DNA of 37,090 nucleotides, taken from positions 1-37,090 of the forward strand of contig CALYSG010000001.1 in NCBI GenBank assembly GCA_945485605.1, given 5' to 3'. The notes beneath the pieces were generated by a model. That model did not search any database, had not been told where the DNA came from, and saw nothing but the letters and a program-made list of their open reading frames with translations. This stretch comes from an uncultured Clostridia bacterium (GTDB taxonomy: Bacteria; Bacillota; Clostridia; Oscillospirales; CAG-272). How positions within the stretch are numbered: the first letter of the stretch is position 1; every line of letters begins with the position of its first letter. This document shows positions 16,660 through 26,362 of this stretch, piece by piece. Both the position numbers and the translations under genes were made by a program.

Positions 16660-18850
16660 GCGTGTTGCCGGCAGCGTCGAGGAGATAATCTACTCGAACG
16701 AGGACAGCGGATATACGATATTCGACCTTGCGACCGGGGACGGTGACCTTATCACCGCCGTCGGTTATCTGCCGTTCCTTGCGGAGGGCGACAGCCTTAT
16801 CCTCTACGGCAGGTGGGTGCACAATCCGAGGTACGGAAGGCAGTTTTCGGTCGCGTCGTTTGAGAAGAACCTTCCGGCGGACAAGGCTTCGATGCTACGG
16901 TATCTCGCGTCACGCACGATCAGGGGAGTGGGGCCCAAGACCGCGCGCAATATTATCGACGAATTCGGCGAGGACGCCTTCGACGTGATAGAAAATCACC
17001 ACGAGTGGCTCTCGAATATCCCCGGTATCTCAAAAAAGAAGGCGCTCGAGATCCACGAGGATTTTTGCAAAAAGGCGGGAATAAGACAGGCGATGCTATT
17101 CTTCCGCGATTGGTTCGGGCCCTCCGCAACGGTCAGAATATATAAGAAGTGGGGCTCGCATGCGGTAGAGCTTGCACGGAAGAATCCCTACATCATCTGC
17201 GGAGAGATAGAGGGCGTCGGCTTTGAGCGTACCGACAGGATGGCAGAGAGCCTCGGGGTGGAAAAGTCTTCGCCGGACCGTGTCGATTCGGGGATACTTT
17301 ATACTCTTCTCAGAAATGAAAGACAGCAGGGGCATGTCTGCCTTCCGAGAAAGAAGCTGACCGCGGCGTCGGCTGAGCTGCTCTCTGTCAGCGAAGACGA
17401 TGCCGATGCTGCGATCGACCGCCTGCTCGGCTCGGGGAAACTCAAATACCTCCCGGCGGGAGGCGAGAACCTTATATATTCGGCGAAGGTATTCGACGCC
17501 GAACAGTTTATCGCCGCGAGGCTCGTCCTGCTCGACAAGCTCTGCGCCGCCGCAGATGTTTCGGATATAGAGAGGCTTATCGACCGATCGGAGATATACA
17601 GCGGGATAAAATACGCCGCGCTTCAGAGAAAGGCGATATCGAACACCCTGTCTTCGGGCGTGACGGTCATAACCGGCGGTCCCGGGACCGGAAAGACTAC
17701 GGTGATCCGTGCGCTTATAAGTATTTTTGATAATATGAAGCTTAAGGTCGCCCTTTGTGCTCCTACCGGAAGAGCGGCAAAGCGTATGTCGGAGGCGACC
17801 TCACACGAGGCAAAAACGATCCACCGACTCCTCGAAATGGGATATTCGGAGGACGACGGGCGTAACGATTTCAACCGGGACGGCGACTATCCGCTTGAAG
17901 AGGACGTTATTATCGTCGACGAAGCGTCTATGATAGACACCCCGCTGATGTACGCTCTGCTTCAGGCGATAAAGCCCGGTGCGAGACTCCTTATCATCGG
18001 GGACGCCGATCAGCTTCCGTCCGTCGGTGCCGGAAATATCCTTCGCGATATAATCGACAGCGGAAGGTTTCCGACAGTTTGCCTCAAGGAGATATTCAGG
18101 CAGGCCTCGGAGAGCCTTATCGTAACGAATGCTCACGCGATAAACGATGGCAGGATGCCCGAGCTGTCGGTGAAGGACAACGACTTCTTCTTCATATCCC
18201 GCCGTACCGACCGCGAAGCGGCACAGACGGTTGCCGATCTTTACGCAAACCGACTTCCGAAGGCTTACGGTGAGTCGGAGCGCGAAGGGATTCAGGTCAT
18301 CGCGCCATCGCGCCGCGGCGAGGCAGGCACGGAAAATCTTAACATTATTCTTCAGGCGGCGCTTAATCCTCCTGCACACGGTAAAAAGGAGATAAAGTAC
18401 CGCGATATACTCTTCCGCGAGGGCGATCGTGTCATGCAGACACGGAACAATTACGACCTTGAGTGGGAGAGTGACGATGATAAAAAAACGGGGCAGGGAA
18501 TATTCAACGGCGATATCGGCGTTATCCGCGAGATAAGGCGCTCGTCGGTGACGGTCGACTTTGACGGAAGGATCGTCGAATACGATCACGATCTGCTCGA
18601 GGATCTTGAGACAGCTTACGCCGTGACCGTGCATAAGAGTCAGGGAAGTGAGTACCGAACGGTGATAATACCGGTCTGCGCTTCGACACCGACGCTTTTG
18701 CTGACTCGAAACCTGCTTTATACCGCCGTAACCAGAGCACAACGGCGTGTAATACTCGTAGGACAGGAAGCAACAATCAAAAGAATGGTTGATAACGTCA
18801 GGCAATCAATGAGGTACACCGGGCTTATGCTGAGACTTAAAGAAAGATGA
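16631..18850 (+). CDS. recD2: SF1B ATP-dependent RecD-like DNA helicase (RecD2)
   Basis: 739-aa ORF with a GTG start after GGAGGA. The N-terminus (VEEIIYSNEDSGYTIFDL) is typical of RecD2. It also has an HhH region (IRGVGPKTARNII), Walker A GGPGTGKTT, Walker B IIVDEASM, the motif GDADQLPSVGAGN, and a C-terminal YAVTVHKSQGSEY. Confidence 0.93.
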   Translation: MAESDSLGNERVAGSVEEIIYSNEDSGYTIFDLATGDGDLITAVGYLPFLAEGDSLILYGRWVHNPRYGRQFSVASFEKNLPADKASMLRYLASRTIRGVGPKTARNIIDEFGEDAFDVIENHHEWLSNIPGISKKKALEIHEDFCKKAGIRQAMLFFRDWFGPSATVRIYKKWGSHAVELARKNPYIICGEIEGVGFERTDRMAESLGVEKSSPDRVDSGILYTLLRNERQQGHVCLPRKKLTAASAELLSVSEDDADAAIDRLLGSGKLKYLPAGGENLIYSAKVFDAEQFIAARLVLLDKLCAAADVSDIERLIDRSEIYSGIKYAALQRKAISNTLSSGVTVITGGPGTGKTTVIRALISIFDNMKLKVALCAPTGRAAKRMSEATSHEAKTIHRLLEMGYSEDDGRNDFNRDGDYPLEEDVIIVDEASMIDTPLMYALLQAIKPGARLLIIGDADQLPSVGAGNILRDIIDSGRFPTVCLKEIFRQASESLIVTNAHAINDGRMPELSVKDNDFFFISRRTDREAAQTVADLYANRLPKAYGESEREGIQVIAPSRRGEAGTENLNIILQAALNPPAHGKKEIKYRDILFREGDRVMQTRNNYDLEWESDDDKKTGQGIFNGDIGVIREIRRSSVTVDFDGRIVEYDHDLLEDLETAYAVTVHKSQGSEYRTVIIPVCASTPTLLLTRNLLYTAVTRAQRRVILVGQEATIKRMVDNVRQSMRYTGLMLRLKER

Positions 18851-19575
18851 ATCAGACACTTGAAAATTTTCTTTGCGTATTTAAGTGCCCCGTTTGCCTC
18901 GACCCGATAAGGCTCGGGGACGAGGAGAGCACTCTCTGCCCGGTCTGCCGCGCGAAATTCGAGAGCGAAAAAAGAGAGATATGCGTTGATTGCGGGCTTC
19001 CCGCGCCCCTTTGCCGCTGTCACGGCGAGTTTATGCCGAGAGACGATAACGGCAGACTTGTAAAGCTTGCGTTTTACCGGGCGGGAAATCGCAGTGCGAT
19101 CGACAGACTGGTACTCAGAATGAAGCATTGTCTTGACGGACGTGCTTTTGACTTTGCCGCACGGCAGCTCGCGCCCGGGATACTCTCGGAGCTTGCCGAA
19201 AGGGGAAGTGAGCCTTCACGCGCGATAGTGACCTATGCACCGAGGAGTGCGCGCTCCGAGCGCCGCGACGGATTTGACCAGGGGCTCGAGCTGTCGCTCG
19301 CAATTTCACGTGTGACGGGTATAAGGCATGAGACTGTCCTCTATCGGTCAAAGCACAGCCGTATGCAGAAGAGCCTTGATCCGATTTCAAGGCACAGAAA
19401 TGCTGCCGAGGCTTTCCGAACGGCGAAGGATACCGACCTTGCCGGGTTCGATGTTATTCTTGTCGATGACGTTGTGACTACGGGTTCGACAATGAATTCC
19501 TGCATCTCTCTTTTGAAGCGTGCGCGCGCCGGGGCTGTGATCTGCGTCGCTTTGGCAAAGACGAGGACCTCATAA
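18847..19575 (+). CDS. comFC: ComF-family phosphoribosyltransferase-domain protein (ComFC)
   Basis: 242-aa ORF that overlaps recD2 by ATGA. It has N-terminal zinc-ribbon Cys pairs (CPVC...CPVC, C..C...C.C) and a C-terminal PRTase motif ILVDDVVTTGST. Confidence 0.88.
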   Translation: MNQTLENFLCVFKCPVCLDPIRLGDEESTLCPVCRAKFESEKREICVDCGLPAPLCRCHGEFMPRDDNGRLVKLAFYRAGNRSAIDRLVLRMKHCLDGRAFDFAARQLAPGILSELAERGSEPSRAIVTYAPRSARSERRDGFDQGLELSLAISRVTGIRHETVLYRSKHSRMQKSLDPISRHRNAAEAFRTAKDTDLAGFDVILVDDVVTTGSTMNSCISLLKRARAGAVICVALAKTRTS

Positions 19576-20292
19576 CAATACAGGGGGGATATCCGAAGAT
19601 TTTCCGCGAAAACTCGGGCTGCGTTTTTTGCCTGCGCCGCGAAGCGCCTTTGCACGTGGGTATCAGCCATGCACGGGAATTTTCGCTTGTGCTGACCTAA
19701 TACCTGCTCTCCGATCGTCGCGCGGAACATTTGTATGTCCCATATATGAAACAAAAAAAGCTCTTACGTAGGGGACGATCCCTGACGCAGGAGCTTTTTG
19801 CTGTTTAACCGCAAGAGATTTCGCAAATATATAGGAGAAATGTAAAATACTGTTACAAATGCAACATAAAAACAAATTTAGCTTTGATCTGTGCCGAAAG
19901 AGACAAAAAAAGAGCCGTTTTTCAGAAAATTTCCTCTGTGTCAAAGGTGTAGAAATTCAGGCTTCCGATTTGTGCAGTATGTACATCAAAACGAAGGTAC
20001 CGAATCGTTGCGCAGGCAACTAAGACGCGCATCGTCGGTAAATATAATTTACCTATCTGTGAGAGCCCGGATGGCTTTTGTTAAAAAAGAACAAAAAATG
20101 CTCTTACTGCTTGTAGAAAGCAGAAAAGTAAGCCTTTTTGAGTAAATACAGCTTACCTTGCGCGGCGGTTTGATGCGAAAGGTGAAAAATACCCAAAATC
20201 AAAGTGTTAAAGAAAGAATGAACGGGTGTTCATGAGGTGAGCAAAGTGCGGAAAATCGGTATAAAGCGCAGTTTTCGGTCACATTTAGTTGC

Positions 20293-20324
20293 TTGACAAG
20301 TTTTTTTGATTGTGATATTATAAT
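20293..20324 (+). promoter_or_regulatory. Candidate sigma-70-type promoter of the 16-kb operon
   Basis: TTGACA (20293-20298), then TATTAT at a 17-nt spacing (20316-20321), overlapping TATAAT (20319-24). It lies about 260 nt upstream of the first ATG at 20585. Confidence 0.5.
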
Positions 20325-20349
20325 GCCACAAAAAATACCGACCGTATAT

Positions 20350-20378
20350 ATCGCCTCCCGGAGTCGCCGGGAGGCGAT
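20350..20378 (+). promoter_or_regulatory. Perfect 12-bp hairpin in the long operon leader
   Basis: ATCGCCTCCCGG-agtcg-CCGGGAGGCGAT. No U-tract follows, so it is not a classic terminator. Further small hairpins lie downstream: CGCGC-tccg-GCGCG near 20410, and GTTTGCC-cgaaa-GGCGAAC near 20538-20556. Confidence 0.45.
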
Positions 20379-20584
20379 GCGGATTCTTCCGAAGAAAAAG
20401 GTGATCCGACGCGCTCCGGCGCGGTATGATACGGACGTTTCTGCGTTTGCACGCCTCAGACTCCGACCGGGAGATCTCCGAAGTCGCGGAGGGACCGGAA
20501 AAGAACGGCGGCGACGGACGCGGGCTTTTATCAAGTCGTTTGCCCGAAAGGCGAACGCAACTATCTGTCAGGAGGAAAATCCAG

Positions 20585-23500
20585 ATGAAGCAAAACCTAT
20601 TCAGGCGAATTCTTGCGTTAGTATTGGCGCTTTCATGCCTTGCCGGATGCGTCGTCGCGGCTTCTGCCGCAGAGACGTCATCGGGAAGCACTTCGGGCGG
20701 CTCGACGACCGATACGACGCTTGCCGACGTAAGGGAGCTGCTTAACGCACTCTCCTACGCCGATTATTCGACGAAGGAGCCCTTTGCGAGTGCAAAACCG
20801 GGAAGAGAACCGATAGTTATCGACGCGCTCAGCTACAATGCCGAAAAGACCGACTCGAAGGTATACCGTGTTAAAGTCGATGAAAAGACCGGTATTGCCA
20901 CAATAGTCGATGCTTCCTATGTGCCCGCCGAGGGCGAGTCGATCGGACTCTTCGTCGGTGACTCGGGCGAGCTTGCTTATAAGCTCAATATACCTTCGAC
21001 CGCAAAGTACAACATTAAAATAGAGTACTACCCCGCGCTTGAACTCGTGGATGCCGAGGGCAACTCGATCTCCACCGACAAGTCGGGTTCCATTGAGCGC
21101 ATACTTAAGATAAACGGTACGATACCCTTCTCCGAGGCGCGCTACCTTGTGCTTCCGAAGATATGGAAGAACGTCTACACGATCAAGATGGAGACCGTTA
21201 AGACGAATGTTGCCGCCGACGGCACCAAGACCTACGAGTATGCCGATGTTACACCTTACATAGAGAAGGCGGAGAAGTGCGGCATAAAGTACACCGTCGC
21301 CGCAGACCGTTCCTCGATAACACTTGAATTACCCGAGGAAGGCTGGTCGCTCGATACCACGGGAAAGATGCAGGAGAATGCCCTTCGCCTCTTCACGCAG
21401 GATATCGACGGCAACGAGATCCGCAGCAACATGATACGCGTCCCCGAATGGCTCGAGTATAACTGCAAGGATGTCGACGGCTTCTATTCAAGGAACTTTG
21501 AGTTTGTATTCCTGCCGGGTGCAAACGAGATAAGCCTTCTCGCGAAGAGCCAGGCGATGGTCATAAAGTCGATAACGCTCTGCCCCGCCGAGGATCGCCC
21601 GTCTTATGAGGACGTGAAGAAGAGCTATGCCGAGAAGGGCTTCACCGCCGGAACCGGTAAGCTGAAGTTCGAGGCGGAATTTCCCTTCGCAACGACCTCG
21701 CAGACGATCTATCCGATCGAGGATTCTTCTTCCGCGATCACCTCTCCCTCCGACACGTCAAAGACTATCCTCAACACGATAGGCGGAGAGAAATGGCAGA
21801 CCTCGGGTCAGAGGATCAGATATCGCTTTACTGTCGATAAGGACGGCTTATATAATATTGTAACCCGTTACCGCCAGAACGTTAACGACGGTATCTTCTC
21901 GTCGCGTGTGCTGTACCTTTACAGCGACGGACTTGATAAGGACGCCGACGGATATTACAACGGTGTTCCTTTTGCCGAAGCCACCAACCTCAGATTTGAG
22001 TTTTCGACCGATTGGCAGGTCTCTCCGCTCAAGTATGCAAAGGAGATCAAGCAGGAGGACGGCAGCTCAAAGTGGGAGAGCGTCAACCTTGAGTTCTACT
22101 TCAAGGCGGGCGTGACCTACACGATGGAGCTTGAGGTCGCCCTCGGCGACATGGGCTCGATCGTCAGCGCGGTAAGCACTTCGCTTACTAACGTAAACAG
22201 TTACTACCTTAATATATTGAAGCTCACCGGAGCCGAGCCCGACCAGTACCGCGACTACGGTTTCTACCGTATAATGCCCGATACCATGCAGGGACTCGTA
22301 GTTGAGTCGAGAAGACTCAGCGACATCTCGGCGGAGCTTAAGAATATCGCCGGTCAGAGCAGCTCAAACGCAGCTACACTTGATAAGATAGTCCGACTCC
22401 TTGAGGAGATGGGAACCGACGAGGACAACGTTGCAAAGAACCTTGACCAGCTGAAGACCTACATAGGTACTCTCGGTACATGGATCAACGACAATAAGAC
22501 TCAGCCGCTTCAGTTCGACTATTTCGTCGTTCAGGCTCCCGGAGAAGCGCTTCCCGCCGGAAAGGCAAACTTCTTACAGACGATCGGACACGAGTTCATG
22601 AAGTTCTGGTACAGCTTCTGGCGTAACTACAACCGCATGGGTGCGACCAATGCCGGTGAGAACGAAGAGGCTATCGATGTCTGGCTTGCCTACGGTCGTG
22701 ACCAGACACAGGTCATCAGAAGCCTTATAAACAATGACTTTACTCCCCAGACCGGACACCTTGTCAACCTTAAGCTCGTGGCGGGAGGCTCGCTGCTTCC
22801 TTCGATACTTGCCCAATCGGGTCCCGATGTCTATATCGGTATCGGTGAGGATAACATCATCAACTATGCTATCCGCGGAGCTCTTATGAATATAGAGAAC
22901 TTCGAAGGATTTTATGAGCTGACCGACACCTACCTGCGTGAGCATAAGACGGTTGACGATCTTATATATGATCTGAAGGCTCAGAATTATATAATAACCG
23001 GCGAAGCGGGTAAGGAGATCAAGGCTATGTCGACCGACGGCGTCGCGATGTACACGATAAAGTACAACGCCGACGGCTCCGGCGTATGCACCGACCGCGC
23101 GGGTAAGACATATTACAGCTTCACCGCGGAAGGATGGCTCTATGAGACCGGTTCGACCTTCAGCGGCAGGACTTATACCTATAAGTATCAGCTCGATGAA
23201 AACGGCAATAAGATAAAGAACGATAAGGTCCAGTTCAACGAGGCGGCGATGTATACGCTCGGACTTCCCGATGCCGACAACATCATGCACTACTACGGTC
23301 TCCCCGAGACGCAGACCTTCTCGATGATGTTCGTGAGAAACGACATCCTTGCAAACCTCGGGATAGAGATCCCGAAATCGTGGGACGACGTTCAGGCGGC
23401 AATACAGACGCTTGAGTCGAAGAATATGCAGATCGGTATGTCGAACGACTATAAGATCTTCCTCTATCAGAAGGGAAGCAAGCTCTTTGCCGACGACGGA

Positions 23501-24490
23501 ATGAGGATCAACCTTGACTCGAATATCGCGCTCGACTCCTTCGATTATATGTGTAACCTCTTCACGATGTATTCATTCCCGTATAAGTACGACTTCTCGA
23601 ACCGTTTCAGAACGGGCGAGATGCCGATAGGTATCGCGGGATACAACGGAACCTATAACCAGCTCATCGTTTTTGCGACCGAGATCCGCGGACTCTGGTC
23701 GTTCTACCCGATCCCCGGTATCGCGACCTACAAGACCGACGATGCGGGCAGATATGTCTACGAGGACGGCAAGAAGGTCGTTGAAAACATCAATAATGTT
23801 GCCGTTGCCACGGTTTCGGCTATCTCGATGATAAACGGATGCAAAAATACCGAGGCGGCATGGTCGTTTATGAAGTGGCACGTCGGTCCCGAATGTCAGG
23901 TCAACTACTCGAACGAGATGGTAGCTATACTCGGTGACTCGGCAAAGCACGCTACGGCAAACATCACGGCTCTCGAAAGTATGCCGTGGACGACCGAGGA
24001 GTATAAGCAGCTCTCGGCACAGTTCAACAACCTTGCGTCAATACCCAACTACCCCGGATCGTATATTATAGGCCGTTATACGAAGTTCGCATTCCTTGCC
24101 GCTTACGATAAGAACGCGAACCCGACGACCTCACTGCTCAAGTATATAAACACGATCAATAAGGAGATCACGAGAAAGCGCGATGAGTTCGGACTTGAGA
24201 CTCTTGAGATCGGTGAGACGCTTGCAAGCAAGAGAATAGCTCAGGCGGAGGCTAAGCTCGACTCGCTCAGCGACGGAGCAAAGGCTCAGTACAAGACAGA
24301 GATCGAGGCGCTCAGAAAAGCGATAGCGAACCTTGATTCACAGAAGGCAAGGGTATCGCTTGAGAAGATCGAGGCGCTTGAAGCGGCATCCGACGGACTC
24401 CGCGCGACGCAGTATTCGGATCTCTTTGAGGTCGCGGACTTCATCGATACTGCGGCAGCGGCTCTGAGAGATTACAGATTCTCGTATTGA
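20585..24490 (+). CDS. Giant extracellular solute-binding lipoprotein (CUT1-type SBP core with about 650 aa of extra N-terminal modules and a C-terminal coiled coil)
   Basis: 1,301 aa counted from the ATG at 20585, which has an AGGAGG ribosome binding site. The signal peptide has a lipobox (LSCLAGC) followed by an S/T/G linker. Two beta-rich modules of similar style follow (YNIKIEYYP...ISLLAKSQAMVIKSITL and LYNIVTRYRQ...TYTMELEVALG). From about aa 695 the sequence is SBP-like (IDVWLAYGRDQTQVIRSLINNDFTPQTGHLVNLKLVAGGSLLPSILAQSGPDVYIG) and has a beta-rich insert. The tail is Ala/Lys/Glu-rich and helical. The tracked start at 20426 has no ribosome binding site or signal peptide. Confidence 0.85.
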   Translation: MKQNLFRRILALVLALSCLAGCVVAASAAETSSGSTSGGSTTDTTLADVRELLNALSYADYSTKEPFASAKPGREPIVIDALSYNAEKTDSKVYRVKVDEKTGIATIVDASYVPAEGESIGLFVGDSGELAYKLNIPSTAKYNIKIEYYPALELVDAEGNSISTDKSGSIERILKINGTIPFSEARYLVLPKIWKNVYTIKMETVKTNVAADGTKTYEYADVTPYIEKAEKCGIKYTVAADRSSITLELPEEGWSLDTTGKMQENALRLFTQDIDGNEIRSNMIRVPEWLEYNCKDVDGFYSRNFEFVFLPGANEISLLAKSQAMVIKSITLCPAEDRPSYEDVKKSYAEKGFTAGTGKLKFEAEFPFATTSQTIYPIEDSSSAITSPSDTSKTILNTIGGEKWQTSGQRIRYRFTVDKDGLYNIVTRYRQNVNDGIFSSRVLYLYSDGLDKDADGYYNGVPFAEATNLRFEFSTDWQVSPLKYAKEIKQEDGSSKWESVNLEFYFKAGVTYTMELEVALGDMGSIVSAVSTSLTNVNSYYLNILKLTGAEPDQYRDYGFYRIMPDTMQGLVVESRRLSDISAELKNIAGQSSSNAATLDKIVRLLEEMGTDEDNVAKNLDQLKTYIGTLGTWINDNKTQPLQFDYFVVQAPGEALPAGKANFLQTIGHEFMKFWYSFWRNYNRMGATNAGENEEAIDVWLAYGRDQTQVIRSLINNDFTPQTGHLVNLKLVAGGSLLPSILAQSGPDVYIGIGEDNIINYAIRGALMNIENFEGFYELTDTYLREHKTVDDLIYDLKAQNYIITGEAGKEIKAMSTDGVAMYTIKYNADGSGVCTDRAGKTYYSFTAEGWLYETGSTFSGRTYTYKYQLDENGNKIKNDKVQFNEAAMYTLGLPDADNIMHYYGLPETQTFSMMFVRNDILANLGIEIPKSWDDVQAAIQTLESKNMQIGMSNDYKIFLYQKGSKLFADDGMRINLDSNIALDSFDYMCNLFTMYSFPYKYDFSNRFRTGEMPIGIAGYNGTYNQLIVFATEIRGLWSFYPIPGIATYKTDDAGRYVYEDGKKVVENINNVAVATVSAISMINGCKNTEAAWSFMKWHVGPECQVNYSNEMVAILGDSAKHATANITALESMPWTTEEYKQLSAQFNNLASIPNYPGSYIIGRYTKFAFLAAYDKNANPTTSLLKYINTINKEITRKRDEFGLETLEIGETLASKRIAQAEAKLDSLSDGAKAQYKTEIEALRKAIANLDSQKARVSLEKIEALEAASDGLRATQYSDLFEVADFIDTAAAALRDYRFSY

Positions 24491-24525
24491 CATAGCAACG
24501 CAAATAACGATGTAAGGAGATAATT

Positions 24526-25473
24526 ATGTCACAGAATACGACAAAGAAAAAAGCTGTGGCGCGCAAGGATATGTCGAAGCTCCAGTGGACGCTGAAGGAA
24601 ATGAAGCGTAACTGGGCGGGATATGTGATGATCGCTCCCTTCGTGATCCTATTCACACTCTTCACGGTATGCCCTGTGTTGCTTTCGGTGGTATTCAGTT
24701 TCACAGACTTCAATATGTTGCAGGTACCGAATTTCGTCTTTCTCGATAACTATGCGAGACTGTTCCTTGATGACGATATATTCCTCATAGCCTGCAAGAA
24801 TACCTTTATATTCGCGTGTATCGTCGGACCCGCGTCCTACATTATGTCTCTTATGGTCGCGTGGTTCATAAACGAGCTGTCGCCGAAGATCAGATCGCTT
24901 GTTACCCTGGTCTTCTACGCGCCGTCAATTTCGGGTGAGGTCTACCTCATCTGGAAGACACTCTTCTCGGGAGACGCCTACGGCTGGGCAAACGCCTGGC
25001 TTATGAAGCTCCAGATAATAACCGAGGAGATCAACTGGTTCGAAAAAGCCGAATACGTAATGCCCCTTTGTATCATAGTTGCTCTATGGCAGTCCCTCGG
25101 AACGGCGTTCCTTTCGTTCATCGCCGGTCTTCAGGGTATCGACCGCTCACTATACGAGGCGGGAGCCGTTGACGGTATCAGAAACCGTTGGCAGGAGCTT
25201 TGGTACATAACCCTTCCGAGTATGAAGCCTCAGCTGATGTTCGGTGCTATCATGTCGATCACGAACTCGTTCGGCTTCGGATCGGTCGTTACCGCACTTT
25301 GCGGCTTCCCGTCTGTCGACTACGCGGCGCATACGATAATGCACCATCTGAACGACTACGGAAGTACGCGATTTGAGATAGGTTATTCGTCAACGATCGC
25401 TGTGGTTCTGTTCGCTATCATGATATCGGCGAACCTGCTGGTCAAAAAACTGATTTCGAAGGTAGGTAAGTGA
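24526..25473 (+). CDS. Carbohydrate ABC transporter permease (MalF/UgpA-like), pair 1
   Basis: 315-aa ORF with multiple TM segments. It has an EAA loop, YEAGAVDGIRNRWQELWYITLPSMKP, and an AAGGAG ribosome binding site. Confidence 0.92.
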   Translation: MSQNTTKKKAVARKDMSKLQWTLKEMKRNWAGYVMIAPFVILFTLFTVCPVLLSVVFSFTDFNMLQVPNFVFLDNYARLFLDDDIFLIACKNTFIFACIVGPASYIMSLMVAWFINELSPKIRSLVTLVFYAPSISGEVYLIWKTLFSGDAYGWANAWLMKLQIITEEINWFEKAEYVMPLCIIVALWQSLGTAFLSFIAGLQGIDRSLYEAGAVDGIRNRWQELWYITLPSMKPQLMFGAIMSITNSFGFGSVVTALCGFPSVDYAAHTIMHHLNDYGSTRFEIGYSSTIAVVLFAIMISANLLVKKLISKVGK

Positions 25474-25474
25474 T

Positions 25475-26347
25475 ATGGCAAGATTAAGAACAAGAAAACA
25501 CAGAGTCGTCCTCAGCCGTTCTACGGGAGGCGATATCGGAATTACACTTATCCTTGTGATACTCGGCGTATTTATGTTCCTGCCGATGTGGTACGCGATC
25601 GCGCAGTCATTCAAGCCGCTTGACGAGCTTTGGCTGTTCCCGCCGAGATTCATAGTCTACAGACCTACTTTCAAGAACTATCAGGACCTCTTCGTTCAGA
25701 TGAATGTTTCGTGGGTGCCTTTCTCAAGGTACATATTCAATACGGTCCTCGTTTCGGTCACCGGAACGGTCGGAAACCTCTTCCTCTCGTCGATGGCGGC
25801 GTACGCCTTCTCGAAGATCCACTTCCCCGGAAGAAAGTGGATGTTCAAGACGATAAGAATGTCCCTCATGTTCCACTCGACGGTTACGTCGATCACAAAC
25901 TACTTCATCATGAGCCGTCTCGGCTGGGTAGATACCTACCTTGCAAAGATAGTCCCCGCCTTCTGTACGACTCTCGGTCTTTACCTTATGAAGCAGTTCA
26001 TGGATTCGCAGGTGTCCGAGTCGGTGCTCGAATCTGCACGTCTTGACGGTGCGAGCGAGTTCAGGACCTTCTGGATGATAGCGATGCCTATGGTAAAGCC
26101 CGCGTGGCTGACTCTTATCATTTACTGCTTCCAGGGCCTCTGGAATGCGGGACAGTCTATCTACATTCAATCCGAGCAGCTCAAATCATTTAACTACGCA
26201 ATTCAGCAGATCGTCGCCGGAGGTATCAAGCGTGCCGGTGCCGGTGCCGCGGCGCAGGTCATCATGATGATGGTCCCAATACTGGTATTCGTCGTAACCC
26301 AGTCAAACATCATCGAGACGATGGGCTCCAGCGGTATGAAGGATTAA
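25475..26347 (+). CDS. Carbohydrate ABC transporter permease (MalG/UgpE-like), pair 1
   Basis: 290-aa ORF that starts 1 nt after the previous stop. EAA loop: ESARLDGASEFRTFWMIAMPMVKPA. Confidence 0.92.
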   Translation: MARLRTRKHRVVLSRSTGGDIGITLILVILGVFMFLPMWYAIAQSFKPLDELWLFPPRFIVYRPTFKNYQDLFVQMNVSWVPFSRYIFNTVLVSVTGTVGNLFLSSMAAYAFSKIHFPGRKWMFKTIRMSLMFHSTVTSITNYFIMSRLGWVDTYLAKIVPAFCTTLGLYLMKQFMDSQVSESVLESARLDGASEFRTFWMIAMPMVKPAWLTLIIYCFQGLWNAGQSIYIQSEQLKSFNYAIQQIVAGGIKRAGAGAAAQVIMMMVPILVFVVTQSNIIETMGSSGMKD

Positions 26348-26362
26348 AAAAGGAGGCAGAGT

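Noticed and set aside
19891-20145. 84-aa ORF and neighbours in the 1-kb gap (19341-19944 minus strand)
   Set aside because: They have no ribosome binding site and low-complexity or basic translations. They overlap one another in a region that otherwise lacks coding signal.
20426-20584. Upstream start for the giant SBP, and overlapping ORFs 20199-20745
   Set aside because: There is no ribosome binding site and the translation is Arg-rich nonsense. The signal peptide with lipobox begins at the ATG at 20585, after AGGAGG.
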